43,027 nt of DNA from a virus, in IMG/VR virus record IMGVR_UViG_3300002461_000046, positions 1 through 43,027 of that record. One strand, written 5' to 3'. The position numbers and the translations under genes are program-made. Numbering within the stretch: position 1 is the first letter of the stretch; every line of letters begins with the position of its first letter. Of the stretch, positions 17,406 to 25,363 are shown one piece after another. The notes under the pieces are model-generated. The model did no database searches and had not been told where the DNA came from. It saw only the letters and a list, made by a program, of their open reading frames with translations.

Positions 17406-17873
17406 TTAGCCTTTAGGATCAACGTGCAAGGGGCGGACATTGATGTTGTCATACTCTTTGCCGTCAGCAGCCTTCGTCTTACGGACAGTGATAGCACAAT
17501 CGAACTCGGTATTCGTGAGTCCATCAAACACTTCACGCATCTTCACGCCATCAAGATCAGGCACGTTCAGAATTTTCATAGCCTGCTTCTTGAAGTATTC
17601 GAGGCCTTCTTCTGTAGCTTGAAAGCGATCATTGAACAGTGAGCCATTAGGGAATGGAGCTTCCTCTGATTCCATGGTTTCCAGAATAGAATAGGTGATA
17701 GAAAGACCAATGACTTCTTTACCCTTTTTGTCCTTGCGTTTCTTGGTGCCAGCTTCGGTGACTTTCAAACGATAGGTTCCTTTAGAAGGAGTAACGTAAT
17801 CAGGCAGAGTAGCCACTGCACCCATGTCGGTGTCAAGCAATGCGTCGAGGTCGAGGATTTGAGCGTTAGACAT
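17406..17873 (-). CDS. DUF669-like protein (SSB-like partner of Sak4-type ATPases), 155 aa
   Basis: Acidic N-terminus (LDLDALLDTD) followed by LPDYV..GTYRLKVTEA. Adjacent to the Sak4-like ATPase, as in known AAA_24-DUF669 pairs. Confidence 0.5.
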   Translation of the reverse strand: MSNAQILDLDALLDTDMGAVATLPDYVTPSKGTYRLKVTEAGTKKRKDKKGKEVIGLSITYSILETMESEEAPFPNGSLFNDRFQATEEGLEYFKKQAMKILNVPDLDGVKMREVFDGLTNTEFDCAITVRKTKAADGKEYDNINVRPLHVDPKG

Positions 17874-17917
17874 AATGATTCCTAGATGAAAATGAAATGA
17901 AAGTTGAAAAGCTAATG

Positions 17918-18859
17918 TTATTTAGCAGGTGTTGCGGCCTTGGAAGCTGCAATTCTCTCGGCCAATGAGAGTGCAGATTTGCTCTCCACAGCATTCTGTT
18001 CTTGTGGAACTTGAGCTGCTTCAGCAGATGGAGCTTTGAGAACTCCACCGGATACTAAAATGTCAAACATAGAAGGTTCTTTTGAATTCTCCAATGCTAC
18101 GTTAATACGAGAGCCTGTAAGCAAGTCCCCTCTGTAGGTGGAAGAAGAACCAGCTACGTGCTTATTCATCTTCTTGTGGACATAGACTACGGTACCAAAG
18201 AACTTAGCAACCTTCTGGCAGAATTGCTTAGAGCCCATAAGAGGACCGATCTTGTCTTTGCCCTCGTCATCTTCGAATGCTACTTCGTGAGTAATAACCA
18301 CAAAATTCGTATTAGCGCACTGCTGAATAACAGAACACACATCACCAAGCCACTTATTGACCATGCCATATTCGTCGAAGGTAGGCTTAAACATATTCGG
18401 TTTACCCAGACAAGCGGCAGCCAAAGCAGAATCGCCAAGCTGAGAGCCTGAATCAATGACAACAAGATCATCATGAGTGCAACCTCCTAAGTGGAACTTG
18501 ATAAAACCACTGCCTGCCTTCTTACATTCTGCGCAATCTACTCGGCCATGCAGTTCGCAAAGATCAACAGGCACCTTAGAGGTAAAGGTCTTGAGGACAG
18601 TCTCAATGCCAATAGGATTATCACGAGTGTCGGAGACTTTAATCACAATGATCTTAGCCAGCTCCTCGTCAGACAGTCCCGCATTAAGCAGAGTCTCAAC
18701 ACCATTCTCTAGGTCGATCCAAAAGATACGCTTGAGTTGTGCAATCTTAGCAGCAGTGCCTACCAGCTTTGTCTTGCCAGCCTTAGGTGGGCCGTACAAG
18801 AGAATGGAATGGTTAGGCTGAACTCTAGCTGTAGCTTTCTTAAGTTGAAGAAGGTCCAT
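17918..18859 (-). CDS. Sak4-like / AAA_24 RecA-fold recombination ATPase, 313 aa
   Basis: Walker A LLYGPPKAGKTKL and Walker B LVVIDSGSQL. Size and neighbourhood (DUF669, PolA). Confidence 0.8.
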   Translation of the reverse strand: MDLLQLKKATARVQPNHSILLYGPPKAGKTKLVGTAAKIAQLKRIFWIDLENGVETLLNAGLSDEELAKIIVIKVSDTRDNPIGIETVLKTFTSKVPVDLCELHGRVDCAECKKAGSGFIKFHLGGCTHDDLVVIDSGSQLGDSALAAACLGKPNMFKPTFDEYGMVNKWLGDVCSVIQQCANTNFVVITHEVAFEDDEGKDKIGPLMGSKQFCQKVAKFFGTVVYVHKKMNKHVAGSSSTYRGDLLTGSRINVALENSKEPSMFDILVSGGVLKAPSAEAAQVPQEQNAVESKSALSLAERIAASKAATPAK

Positions 18860-19157
18860 CTTGTTGCATCCTTTTTAGAATAGCTTCGTTCTGAAAACGA
18901 AACAGTGTTTTAATGTCAGCTTCCATCTTTAGCAGGTCAAACTTGATGGGATCAAGCGCATTCAAAATGGTAGCTATCTGTAGAGATACTGCTCGGCCTT
19001 CGTGTCCCATCTGCCCTAGATTGATAACACTCATGCAACTTGCAATAGCTTTAGCATAAAGGTCACCCTCTCTGGCAACAAAACCTTCTAGCACCTCTAC
19101 CATAGTATTCTCGAAGTGAGAATCAGGATCAGGATTATCAGCATTAAGGAGTGTCAT
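18840..19157 (-). CDS. Hypothetical protein, 105 aa
   Basis: ORF overlapping both neighbours by 14-20 nt, which suggests translational coupling. Confidence 0.65.
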   Translation of the reverse strand: MTLLNADNPDPDSHFENTMVEVLEGFVAREGDLYAKAIASCMSVINLGQMGHEGRAVSLQIATILNALDPIKFDLLKMEADIKTLFRFQNEAILKRMQQDGPSST

Positions 19158-19653
19158 CTTTATTCTCAGGCAGCAGGCTAATCAGCAGCTCACGAATCTT
19201 AGGCTCTGGCTTCCAGTAGTTAGGACCCTTCATGAACTTACCCTGCTCATTGTAGATAGGCTTACCATCTGCACCGAGCTTGGACTCATTGCTTTTCATA
19301 ATGATTTCTAAGACCTCAGAATTGGGAATACCGAAGCGAGCCATCTCAGAAGCACAGTAGACTTGAATGTCCCCGAGAAGATCAGCTATCTCTACCAATG
19401 CATCCATAGTAGAACACTCTGCATCTAGCTTATCAATGATAGCCTTATGCTCGTCTAGCTCGTCTTTAAGGATACCTCCGAAGAAATCCTGCAGGCGCTT
19501 CATTACAAGCTCGATGCCTTCTCTAGATTGATAAGCAGGGAAGGTTTTAACTTGCCACTTAATCTCTTCTTGAAAGCTGGGAGTGGCTGCAATAGGCAAG
19601 TTATACATGGCGTTCATGCCAAGGATTGCCAACTCAAAATTAAACTTTCTCAT
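19144..19653 (-). CDS. MazG-like all-alpha NTP pyrophosphohydrolase, 169 aa
   Basis: Acidic metal-binding helices ELDEHKAIIDKLD ... DALVEIADLLGDIQVY, then MKSNESKLGADGKP...GKFMKGPNYWKPEP, typical of phage MazG/COG4696-type proteins. Confidence 0.65.
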   Translation of the reverse strand: MRKFNFELAILGMNAMYNLPIAATPSFQEEIKWQVKTFPAYQSREGIELVMKRLQDFFGGILKDELDEHKAIIDKLDAECSTMDALVEIADLLGDIQVYCASEMARFGIPNSEVLEIIMKSNESKLGADGKPIYNEQGKFMKGPNYWKPEPKIRELLISLLPENKDDTP

Positions 19654-19868
19654 AGCGAGTTCCTTTCGTGGTCATAATTCTGCATGACCTGTCCATTAGT
19701 TACAAGATCAATAATACGTTTAGCAGAAGCTGGTGCATCAGGCCAAAGATTACCTGCACGCTGGAAGATAGTCTGTAGAATGGCATAGTCCTCAGCAGTG
19801 TCAGCTACTACAGACTTGCCAACTGTACCGAGGCCATCTTCTACAGTGGTCATCAACTTGATAGCCAT
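19650..19868 (-). CDS. Hypothetical protein, 72 aa
   Basis: ORF with an ATGA overlap to the downstream gene. Confidence 0.65.
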   Translation of the reverse strand: MAIKLMTTVEDGLGTVGKSVVADTAEDYAILQTIFQRAGNLWPDAPASAKRIIDLVTNGQVMQNYDHERNSL

Positions 19869-19869
19869 T

Positions 19870-19998
19870 TTAATACCTTTCGAACCACTTACTTGGAGGA
19901 TTGGCTACGTAGTATGGATTAACATTGAAGCTAATACCATTAAGGCCAATCTGCAAATGCCTAGTTCCGAATCTCCAGTTAATCCATAAGTTGCTCAT
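19870..19998 (-). CDS. Small hypothetical protein, 42 aa (MSNLWINWRFGTRH...)
   Basis: ATG 19998 is preceded by AAGGAA immediately after the nuclease stop. It fills the gap exactly. Below the ORF-track cutoff unless extended into the nuclease gene. Confidence 0.45.
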   Translation of the reverse strand: MSNLWINWRFGTRHLQIGLNGISFNVNPYYVANPPSKWFERY

Positions 19999-20005
19999 AG
20001 TTTCC

Positions 20006-20902
20006 TTAAGAGTTGATACGAGAGATGTGGTCATCAATAAGTTCTTCAAGGTCAAATACAAAGTCGTACTCGATAATGTCATCCTCTCGTTTACGGGGAA
20101 TGTCCATAGAAGAAAGAGTGCAAGTACCGAAATGCTTGCAGGGTCTATTGTACTTAAGACAGGCACCGCCTCTGCGTGGATAGAAGCCCATCTCTTCTGC
20201 AAACTCTAGTCTCTTAATGTCCATGCCTAGCTGAATGAACCAGTTAAGACGGTCAAGCAGGGTCTTAGAGAAGATCAGTGGCTTAATCTCTACCTTGAAA
20301 TCCTTGCCAAGCTGACCTACAAAATAACCTACAGCATAGTTGCTTCGTTTCTCTCCAAGAATCCGGTCAAGCACGATACTATAAGAAAGGCCCTGCCCAC
20401 TGTTCTGATAAACAGGAGAAAGATCAAGCAGCTGCAATGCTGTACTCTTAGCGTCTACTACTACGGCAGTCTTATCATAGCGGTTCTGGAGGACAACGTC
20501 CATGTAACCAACGTAGTAATAGTGGGCATTGATATTAACACGGAAGCTAAGTTCTACAGCAGGTTTTCCATTGAAGTGTAGGACTTCGTAATCGCGTAAC
20601 ATCGTGTCCAAGTAGGGGAACGACTTGGATAGAAGAGCAATCAAGTGGGGAATAGACTTCTTCTCTGTCTCTATCTCAGGCCAGTATGCTAGCCAAGCCC
20701 TGTAAAGAGCCTGCTCTGGATTCTGATCGACTAGATAATCAGCTACGCCCACACCGAATGCGGTACCTAGTGAAAGATCAGCACTCTCATCACGCACAGA
20801 ATCTGTGACCAGAAGCTTCTCCAATTGGAAGAGCCTCTCGCAGCGGTCAAACATTTCCAGCGTAGAATGAGAGAGTCTAATCGGTACGAACTTTTCGTTC
20901 AT
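20006..20902 (-). CDS. PD-(D/E)XK exonuclease, Cas4/RecB-like, with four Cys consistent with an Fe-S cluster, 298 aa
   Basis: GYMDVV ... VVVDAKS (D..(D/E)xK). N-terminal C in FDRCERLF plus C-terminal CLKYNRPCKHFGTC, as in Cas4/AddB-type nucleases. Confidence 0.8.
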   Translation of the reverse strand: MNEKFVPIRLSHSTLEMFDRCERLFQLEKLLVTDSVRDESADLSLGTAFGVGVADYLVDQNPEQALYRAWLAYWPEIETEKKSIPHLIALLSKSFPYLDTMLRDYEVLHFNGKPAVELSFRVNINAHYYYVGYMDVVLQNRYDKTAVVVDAKSTALQLLDLSPVYQNSGQGLSYSIVLDRILGEKRSNYAVGYFVGQLGKDFKVEIKPLIFSKTLLDRLNWFIQLGMDIKRLEFAEEMGFYPRRGGACLKYNRPCKHFGTCTLSSMDIPRKREDDIIEYDFVFDLEELIDDHISRINS

Positions 20903-21059
20903 GTTTTGCTTTCTTCTTAGCTTCTATGGCAGCATTATGAGCATCACGCTCTTCTTTGGAAGAGATAACCATACGCTGCTTATAGGCATCTACCTCATCT
21001 TGGGTGACATTAACATAACCGAAGCTCTGGTATTTCTTGGAGACTTTGATGCGGCTCAT
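20877..21059 (-). CDS. Hypothetical basic protein, 60 aa
   Basis: ORF with GAGG RBS. Lys/Glu-rich. Confidence 0.6.
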   Translation of the reverse strand: MSRIKVSKKYQSFGYVNVTQDEVDAYKQRMVISSKEERDAHNAAIEAKKKAKHERKVRTD

Positions 21060-21060
21060 G

Positions 21061-21552
21061 TTAGCCTCGTGGATCTACCAATGCACCCGGCAAAGCTTTG
21101 CCAGCAGCGCGTTCATCTTGCAGCATAGAAAAGCAAGCAGCATATCCAGCCACGTCCATAATAGAATCGAAGTGGTCAGGAGACTTGGCCAGACGAGCCA
21201 GCTTGACTTGCATCATGAGCATTGCAACATCTTCTGGAGTGATACGAGCCTGAGCTTGAAGCTTCATAGCAAGGACACCTTGGAACAGCATAGCAATCTG
21301 CGTGAAGTTCTGGAGCTTGTCACCGTAGTCTGATTGACGAGCACCTTGGACAAGCTCTTGCGCACGATGCAGCATGGGAACTTTAGGAGCTTCTGCATAA
21401 CCTTGCTCTGGCTGCTTTGGCATAACACCGTAGATAGCAGCCAAGACAGGGGCAAAGTTCTCAGTAGGATTCAAGGTAATCCAGTTAGCAAACATTGCAA
21501 TAGTCTGCGCATTGCTGAGAGTCTGGGTACGAGGCTTAACAGTTTTGGCCAT
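21061..21552 (-). CDS. Conserved phage protein, DUF6378-like C-terminal domain, 163 aa. Function unknown.
   Basis: GARQSDYGD..NF..IA ... MMQVKLARL ... DSIMDVAGYA resembles the remembered DUF6378 pattern. Assignment is tentative. Confidence 0.45.
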   Translation of the reverse strand: MAKTVKPRTQTLSNAQTIAMFANWITLNPTENFAPVLAAIYGVMPKQPEQGYAEAPKVPMLHRAQELVQGARQSDYGDKLQNFTQIAMLFQGVLAMKLQAQARITPEDVAMLMMQVKLARLAKSPDHFDSIMDVAGYAACFSMLQDERAAGKALPGALVDPRG

Positions 21553-21556
21553 GATC

Positions 21557-21739
21557 TTAATCTTTCGTTGGAACGGACAGTTGAATGGAGTCGGGAACTT
21601 CTACATCGATAACGATAGCAATACCACCATTGAGGAAAACTTCTAGAGCTTTCTTGTCGGCTTCTGCTTTCGTATCAAATTCTTCATCCCACTGCGGGGA
21701 ATCAGCAGCTTCCCGATAATGACAGATATGTTTTATCAT
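21557..21739 (-). CDS. Hypothetical acidic protein, 60 aa
   Basis: ORF with AAGGAA RBS. Confidence 0.6.
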   Translation of the reverse strand: MIKHICHYREAADSPQWDEEFDTKAEADKKALEVFLNGGIAIVIDVEVPDSIQLSVPTKD

Positions 21740-21768
21740 GGTGATTCCTTCTTTCTAATTGCTTTTAT

Positions 21769-22404
21769 TTAGAGATCGTTGAAAGCTGCTTCGATTTCCT
21801 CTTTGGTAAGAGGAGCATCCTTGAGCTTAACAGCAGTCTTAGTCTTACCAGCTTTGGTTTTGGTAGTAGCTTCGACCTGTGCCACATGAGTCATGCGGCG
21901 TAGTGCAGTAACCATCTTGCCAACATCAGCATCTAGCATGAGGTCGGTAGCATTAGGATTCTTCTTAAGAGCCTGCTTAAGCTCAGACATTGCGTTCTTA
22001 AGATCATCATCGAACATCGCTTCGAGATTATGAATCTTAGTCTTAATGTCCACGTAAGCCTGAGCGTCTGCTTCATTCTCAGGGATCATAGCAGGATCAA
22101 TCTCTACTGGACCAAGCTGCTTAGAAGGTGCTTGTGGAACAGCCTGAGCCGCTACCACACCAGCCTTCTTAAGAGCCATCTTCTCAGCAAAGGTCAGAGG
22201 CTTATCGGATGCAGGTGGGTTAGCAGACTCTGGAGTTCCGGCCTCGTAGTCCAAGGCAGATACGGGCGTGGCCAGTACCGGGGATTCGACAACAGGGCTG
22301 TCAGGATTGTTGGGCGCATCTTCTACTTTCGTCTCAGGGTTAGCAGCTTTCGCAGCGGCTTCAGCGGCAGCCTTCTTAGCTGCGAGGATTTCTTTAAGTC
22401 CCAT
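21769..22404 (-). CDS. Hypothetical protein, 211 aa, Ala/Pro-rich N-terminal half
   Basis: ORF with AGGAG RBS. Low-complexity AAKKAAAEAAAKAA and P-rich linker. Confidence 0.75.
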   Translation of the reverse strand: MGLKEILAAKKAAAEAAAKAANPETKVEDAPNNPDSPVVESPVLATPVSALDYEAGTPESANPPASDKPLTFAEKMALKKAGVVAAQAVPQAPSKQLGPVEIDPAMIPENEADAQAYVDIKTKIHNLEAMFDDDLKNAMSELKQALKKNPNATDLMLDADVGKMVTALRRMTHVAQVEATTKTKAGKTKTAVKLKDAPLTKEEIEAAFNDL

Positions 22405-22421
22405 TCTTTTCTCCTAAGAGT

Positions 22422-22634
22422 TTAGTCAAACCGTTCGGCAGCCTTAGCTACCATCTTATCAAGACAATCACGTTGCTTCTCTGAGAGAGGATAAGCACGA
22501 TCAAGCCGGCCTTGGATGCTTTGAAGAAAGCCAGTCTCCCATGCACTGAGATAATCAGCAGCATTGAATAAGTCTTTGATCTTCTGTTTATCAGCAGCCA
22601 TTTGGTCAATAGCGGAGAGTTCAGAGTTTGCCAT
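22422..22634 (-). CDS. Hypothetical protein, 70 aa
   Basis: ORF with GAGGAG RBS. Confidence 0.7.
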   Translation of the reverse strand: MANSELSAIDQMAADKQKIKDLFNAADYLSAWETGFLQSIQGRLDRAYPLSEKQRDCLDKMVAKAAERFD

Positions 22635-22636
22635 AA

Positions 22637-22882
22637 TTACTCCTCTTCTTTGTATTCATAGTAAACAACAGCGTGCATCCCCTCAGCAGCTAGGATCTTA
22701 GACCCAGGTTCTTTATGACCATTCAAGACCCTAGAAAGATGTGTATGATCGTAGCCACACATATCAGCATACTCCCGCATAGAGACACCCAAGATTTCAA
22801 TCTTCTCTCTTATGTGAGTACGTACCATGTCAGCATCCATGCTGTACGGAATACCCTTGCGGCCTGGCTTTTTAGAACTCAT
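22637..22882 (-). CDS. Helix-turn-helix DNA-binding protein (Cro/XRE-like regulator), 81 aa
   Basis: VSMREYADMCGYDHTHLSRVLNG fits an HTH (helix, turn, recognition helix). Small size. Third gene downstream of the internal promoter. Confidence 0.65.
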   Translation of the reverse strand: MSSKKPGRKGIPYSMDADMVRTHIREKIEILGVSMREYADMCGYDHTHLSRVLNGHKEPGSKILAAEGMHAVVYYEYKEEE

Positions 22883-23219
22883 TATCAGGTACCTCCAGTT
22901 TATGAATCTTCACAGTCTTACGAGGCCCGTATGTAATGTGCAGCTTAATCATGCCAGGTCCGTGAGAATCATCACCTTCCTTAGTAGGATAGGCAGTGTA
23001 GCCAAGAACCTCATCACCAACTTCGAGGCCAGCATTCTTAAGCTTAGCTGCGTCCCTGCTTTTAAGAGCAGTCAGGTTGCGCTTAAGAGGCTTAGCTGCA
23101 TCTTCGTGGATGGTAAGGATAAGCTCTTTTTTCTCCATCAGAAGATCAAGAACCCGACGATAAGAATACTCGTTATCATCAGGATCATCATCCACAAAAT
23201 CAATAGGTAGATCAGACAT
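22872..23219 (-). CDS. Hypothetical protein, 115 aa, strongly acidic N-terminus (DFVDDDPDDNE). Start moved to MSDLPIDF.
   Basis: ATG 23219 forms an ATGTCTGA overlap with the upstream stop. The tracked 151-aa version overlaps the upstream gene extensively. Confidence 0.6.
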   Translation of the reverse strand: MSDLPIDFVDDDPDDNEYSYRRVLDLLMEKKELILTIHEDAAKPLKRNLTALKSRDAAKLKNAGLEVGDEVLGYTAYPTKEGDDSHGPGMIKLHITYGPRKTVKIHKLEVPDNEF

Positions 23220-23418
23220 GATTAGTTCCATTAGTTTTGTTAGACCAATCAGCAATGGCTCGCAGTTTCCATTCTGCCATGTGCTTGATGTATTGAGCAC
23301 GAAGAATAGCAGCATCAGACTGTGCAATATCTTCTACTGCCTTAGCGGCCTGCTCTTCTGCATCTTCTTCTAATGTGATAGGCTTGAATAATGCAAGCCA
23401 GTTGGATATGAATTTCAT
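23212..23418 (-). CDS. Hypothetical protein, 68 aa. First gene after the internal promoter.
   Basis: ORF with GGAG RBS about 14 nt downstream of the predicted transcription start. Confidence 0.7.
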   Translation of the reverse strand: MKFISNWLALFKPITLEEDAEEQAAKAVEDIAQSDAAILRAQYIKHMAEWKLRAIADWSNKTNGTNHV

Positions 23419-23438
23419 TGGTAGCTCCAGAATATGAA

Positions 23439-23479
23439 AGTATAGCAGTGATCGATTGACTTGTCAACCGGGTGATCGA
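23439..23479 (-). promoter_or_regulatory. Sigma70-type promoter (TTGACA-17-TATACT) with two direct TCGATCAC repeats and a TTGACaaGTCAA palindrome
   Basis: Minus-strand reading: cTCGATCACccggTTGACAagtcaaTCGATCACtgcTATACT. The -35 is at 23462-23467 and the -10 at 23439-23444. GTGATCGA (plus strand) at 23448-23455 and 23472-23479. Confidence 0.65.
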
Positions 23480-23814
23480 GATTTTTTTCTAGTAGCTAGT
23501 TGCCTGTAAATAGCATCCTGCTCTTCTATAGTGTAGTAGTTGCAGATTAGTTCCACCCTAGCCATAGCAGCATACAAGTGAGAGCTAATGCCAGCAGTCT
23601 CGAACCCCAGATTACGACGTTGTTCATAGCATAGTTCTACGATATAGAGAGTAAGAGGAAGAGAGGAAGCTTTTCTTGAGTGGTCTGTATGGTCTAGGTC
23701 GAATAGCTCCTTGCAAACAATACGAGAAGAATCCCAAGAGATAGTACCTAATGCAATCCAGATACCGGGAACCAAGCTCTTAACTTCAATAGGGTCAGTA
23801 TCAAGGTCACGCAT
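23464..23814 (-). CDS. Hypothetical protein, 116 aa
   Basis: ORF with an ATGCGTGA overlap to the upstream gene. Confidence 0.7.
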   Translation of the reverse strand: MRDLDTDPIEVKSLVPGIWIALGTISWDSSRIVCKELFDLDHTDHSRKASSLPLTLYIVELCYEQRRNLGFETAGISSHLYAAMARVELICNYYTIEEQDAIYRQLATRKKSRSPG

Positions 23815-24019
23815 TCTCTTTCTCCTTCTTCTTAGCCTTAGGTGGATACAAATCTTGGCTTTGCTTAATCATTCTCTCTAAATACATAGCAGCTTCGAAC
23901 ATTATCTGTGCCATATTAAGAGCCTTGATTTTATCTGCATCCCCGAGTTCTCTAGACACAGCAGCAAGTTCGTAGCGATTACGTCGTAGCATACCCGCAG
24001 TGTTCTTAGCATTTATCAT
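23807..24019 (-). CDS. Hypothetical protein, 70 aa
   Basis: ORF with a Lys-rich C-terminus. Confidence 0.65.
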   Translation of the reverse strand: MINAKNTAGMLRRNRYELAAVSRELGDADKIKALNMAQIMFEAAMYLERMIKQSQDLYPPKAKKKEKENA

Positions 24020-24022
24020 GCT

Positions 24023-24194
24023 TCACTGTACGATACGCTGGCGTCTAGATTGCGGAGAATGTAGTGGAGTCTTGCCTGCTCTAGCATTAAGCTCACGAGT
24101 AATAGCAACCTTCTTTATAGATCAGCCTAAGCTCATTGTCTGAATACTCTCGTCTATTTTGAAGATGCCTGTATTTACCTGAACGAAACATCAT
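24023..24194 (-). other. 182-nt gap with a strong RBS and short reading frames split over frames. Either tiny genes or a decayed/frameshifted small HTH-like gene.
   Basis: TAAGGAGAACATGATG opens a 33-codon frame (MMFRSGKYRHLQNRREYSDNELRLIYKEGCYYS*, 24093-24194). The +1 frame continues ...ITRELNARAGKTPLHSPQSRRQRIVQ* (to 24023) without its own start codon. Confidence 0.3.
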
Positions 24195-24201
24195 GTTCTC
24201 C

Positions 24202-24420
24202 TTAGTAAAAGATATCCAGCATTGAGGGAATCATCTTCATGTGCGCATCAGAAGTCATGTTAGGAACTCCTGCTTTCTTCCAATATTCAGCCTGTGCAAT
24301 AGTGAGAACATCCTCTACAGGTGGCTCATTAGGAAGCACAGTTGTGAGAACCCATGCACCCTTGAAAGGAGAGAACACGAGGCTCATGTTTACTTGTTCA
24401 GCAATTTTAAGTGAGGTCAT
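24202..24420 (-). CDS. Hypothetical protein, 72 aa. Start moved to MTSLKIAEQ.
   Basis: The ATG at 24420 forms an ATGA overlap with the upstream small ORF. Confidence 0.6.
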   Translation of the reverse strand: MTSLKIAEQVNMSLVFSPFKGAWVLTTVLPNEPPVEDVLTIAQAEYWKKAGVPNMTSDAHMKMIPSMLDIFY

Positions 24421-24587
24421 TTCTTTTCTCCACGTTTGCATTCTGCTTTACGTGCAGCAATAGCCAGTAGCATAGAGAGTTTCTTGTCCTCTTTAGAACC
24501 AGCTACATAGGTCTGTTGCTTCTGAGGAATAAGGCCAGCATTAACGATGAGGCTGTGGGTTTCGTGAGGCTTGAGTTTAGAAGTCAT
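24417..24587 (-). CDS. Small hypothetical basic protein, 56 aa (MTSKLKPHETHSLIVNAG...)
   Basis: Translated by hand. GGAG lies 11 nt upstream of ATG 24587. It fills the gap between neighbours with overlaps at both ends. Below the ORF-track cutoff. Confidence 0.5.
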   Translation of the reverse strand: MTSKLKPHETHSLIVNAGLIPQKQQTYVAGSKEDKKLSMLLAIAARKAECKRGEKK

Positions 24588-25128
24588 TACCGGGCTCCGA
24601 TTGTTGAGGAAAACCTTTGAGGAAGTTAACTATATTAAGACGCTCTTGAGCAGCATAATTCCGCATTGCATTGCCAATGTGAATGTCCATCATCCAGAGA
24701 TTCTCTGTGCCCCTACAAGTAATGTCAGGGTGATCGTAGATTTTCAGGAGAATAGAATAGAGAAAATCTGTAGCTGCTAGTTTATTGATAAGAGAATAGA
24801 CAGTTGCAATAGACTTGTCCATAGTGCATTGCTTTTCAAGGCCGGGGCTAGTTTCCATGGTAGGCATAGAAGATATGTTACCTGTATCTAAATTTTTCTT
24901 GAGAAGATCATTGCTCTTGCAAATAAGAATGCGAAGATGAGAAGCCATCCAAGAAGATGTAGGAGTCTCAGGCAGATCAGGATGTTCGTTACCAATAGCT
25001 GTAATAATTTCCCACTCGCTAGGACTCCAGTCATGCCTAAGGAAGCAAGGCCAATTAGGACGATTTAGAAGTTTAATAATGATGCGCTCATAGACTTCTA
25101 CTTGGCGCGGTGTGAGGTAGTCAGACAT
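24577..25128 (-). CDS. Hypothetical protein, 183 aa. Start moved to MSDYLTPRQVEVYE.
   Basis: ATG 25128 forms an ATGTCTGA overlap with the upstream stop. The N-terminal LTPRQVEVYE resembles the start of LuxR/sigma region 4-type HTHs, but this is weak. Confidence 0.7.
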   Translation of the reverse strand: MSDYLTPRQVEVYERIIIKLLNRPNWPCFLRHDWSPSEWEIITAIGNEHPDLPETPTSSWMASHLRILICKSNDLLKKNLDTGNISSMPTMETSPGLEKQCTMDKSIATVYSLINKLAATDFLYSILLKIYDHPDITCRGTENLWMMDIHIGNAMRNYAAQERLNIVNFLKGFPQQSEPGNDF

Positions 25129-25363
25129 TTTCTTCTTCCTGTTCTGATAGGATGATAAATTCCATGAGCATAAGCTGCCCCATTGGAGTGAGAGAATAGA
25201 GCATACCTTCTGCAATTCCGTATGCATCACGTTGATATGCTAATTTCTCCCAATCTTCTTTGTTCACATAATCAATAGGATCAGTGAACACTGTTGAGTT
25301 AGCTGCATTAGGCCAATGCTTTATGATAGACCTCATCGAGTGGCCACGAATTCTTGTGAGCAT
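25121..25363 (-). CDS. Hypothetical protein, 80 aa
   Basis: ORF that abuts the upstream stop (TAAATG). Confidence 0.7.
   Translation of the reverse strand: MLTRIRGHSMRSIIKHWPNAANSTVFTDPIDYVNKEDWEKLAYQRDAYGIAEGMLYSLTPMGQLMLMEFIILSEQEEENV

Noticed and set aside
19870-20202. 110-aa version of the ORF ending at 19870, and the opposing 19925..20209 (+) ORF.
   Set aside because: The upstream two-thirds overlaps the Cas4-like nuclease gene out of frame. Only the last 42 codons (ATG 19998, with an AAGGAA RBS in the gap) are plausible, so it is reported as a short CDS instead.
22637-22882. The HTH protein as evidence for a temperate lifestyle (CI/Cro switch).
   Set aside because: No integrase, excisionase, partition system or divergent repressor gene exists anywhere in the complete genome. 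A single small HTH protein is common in virulent phages.
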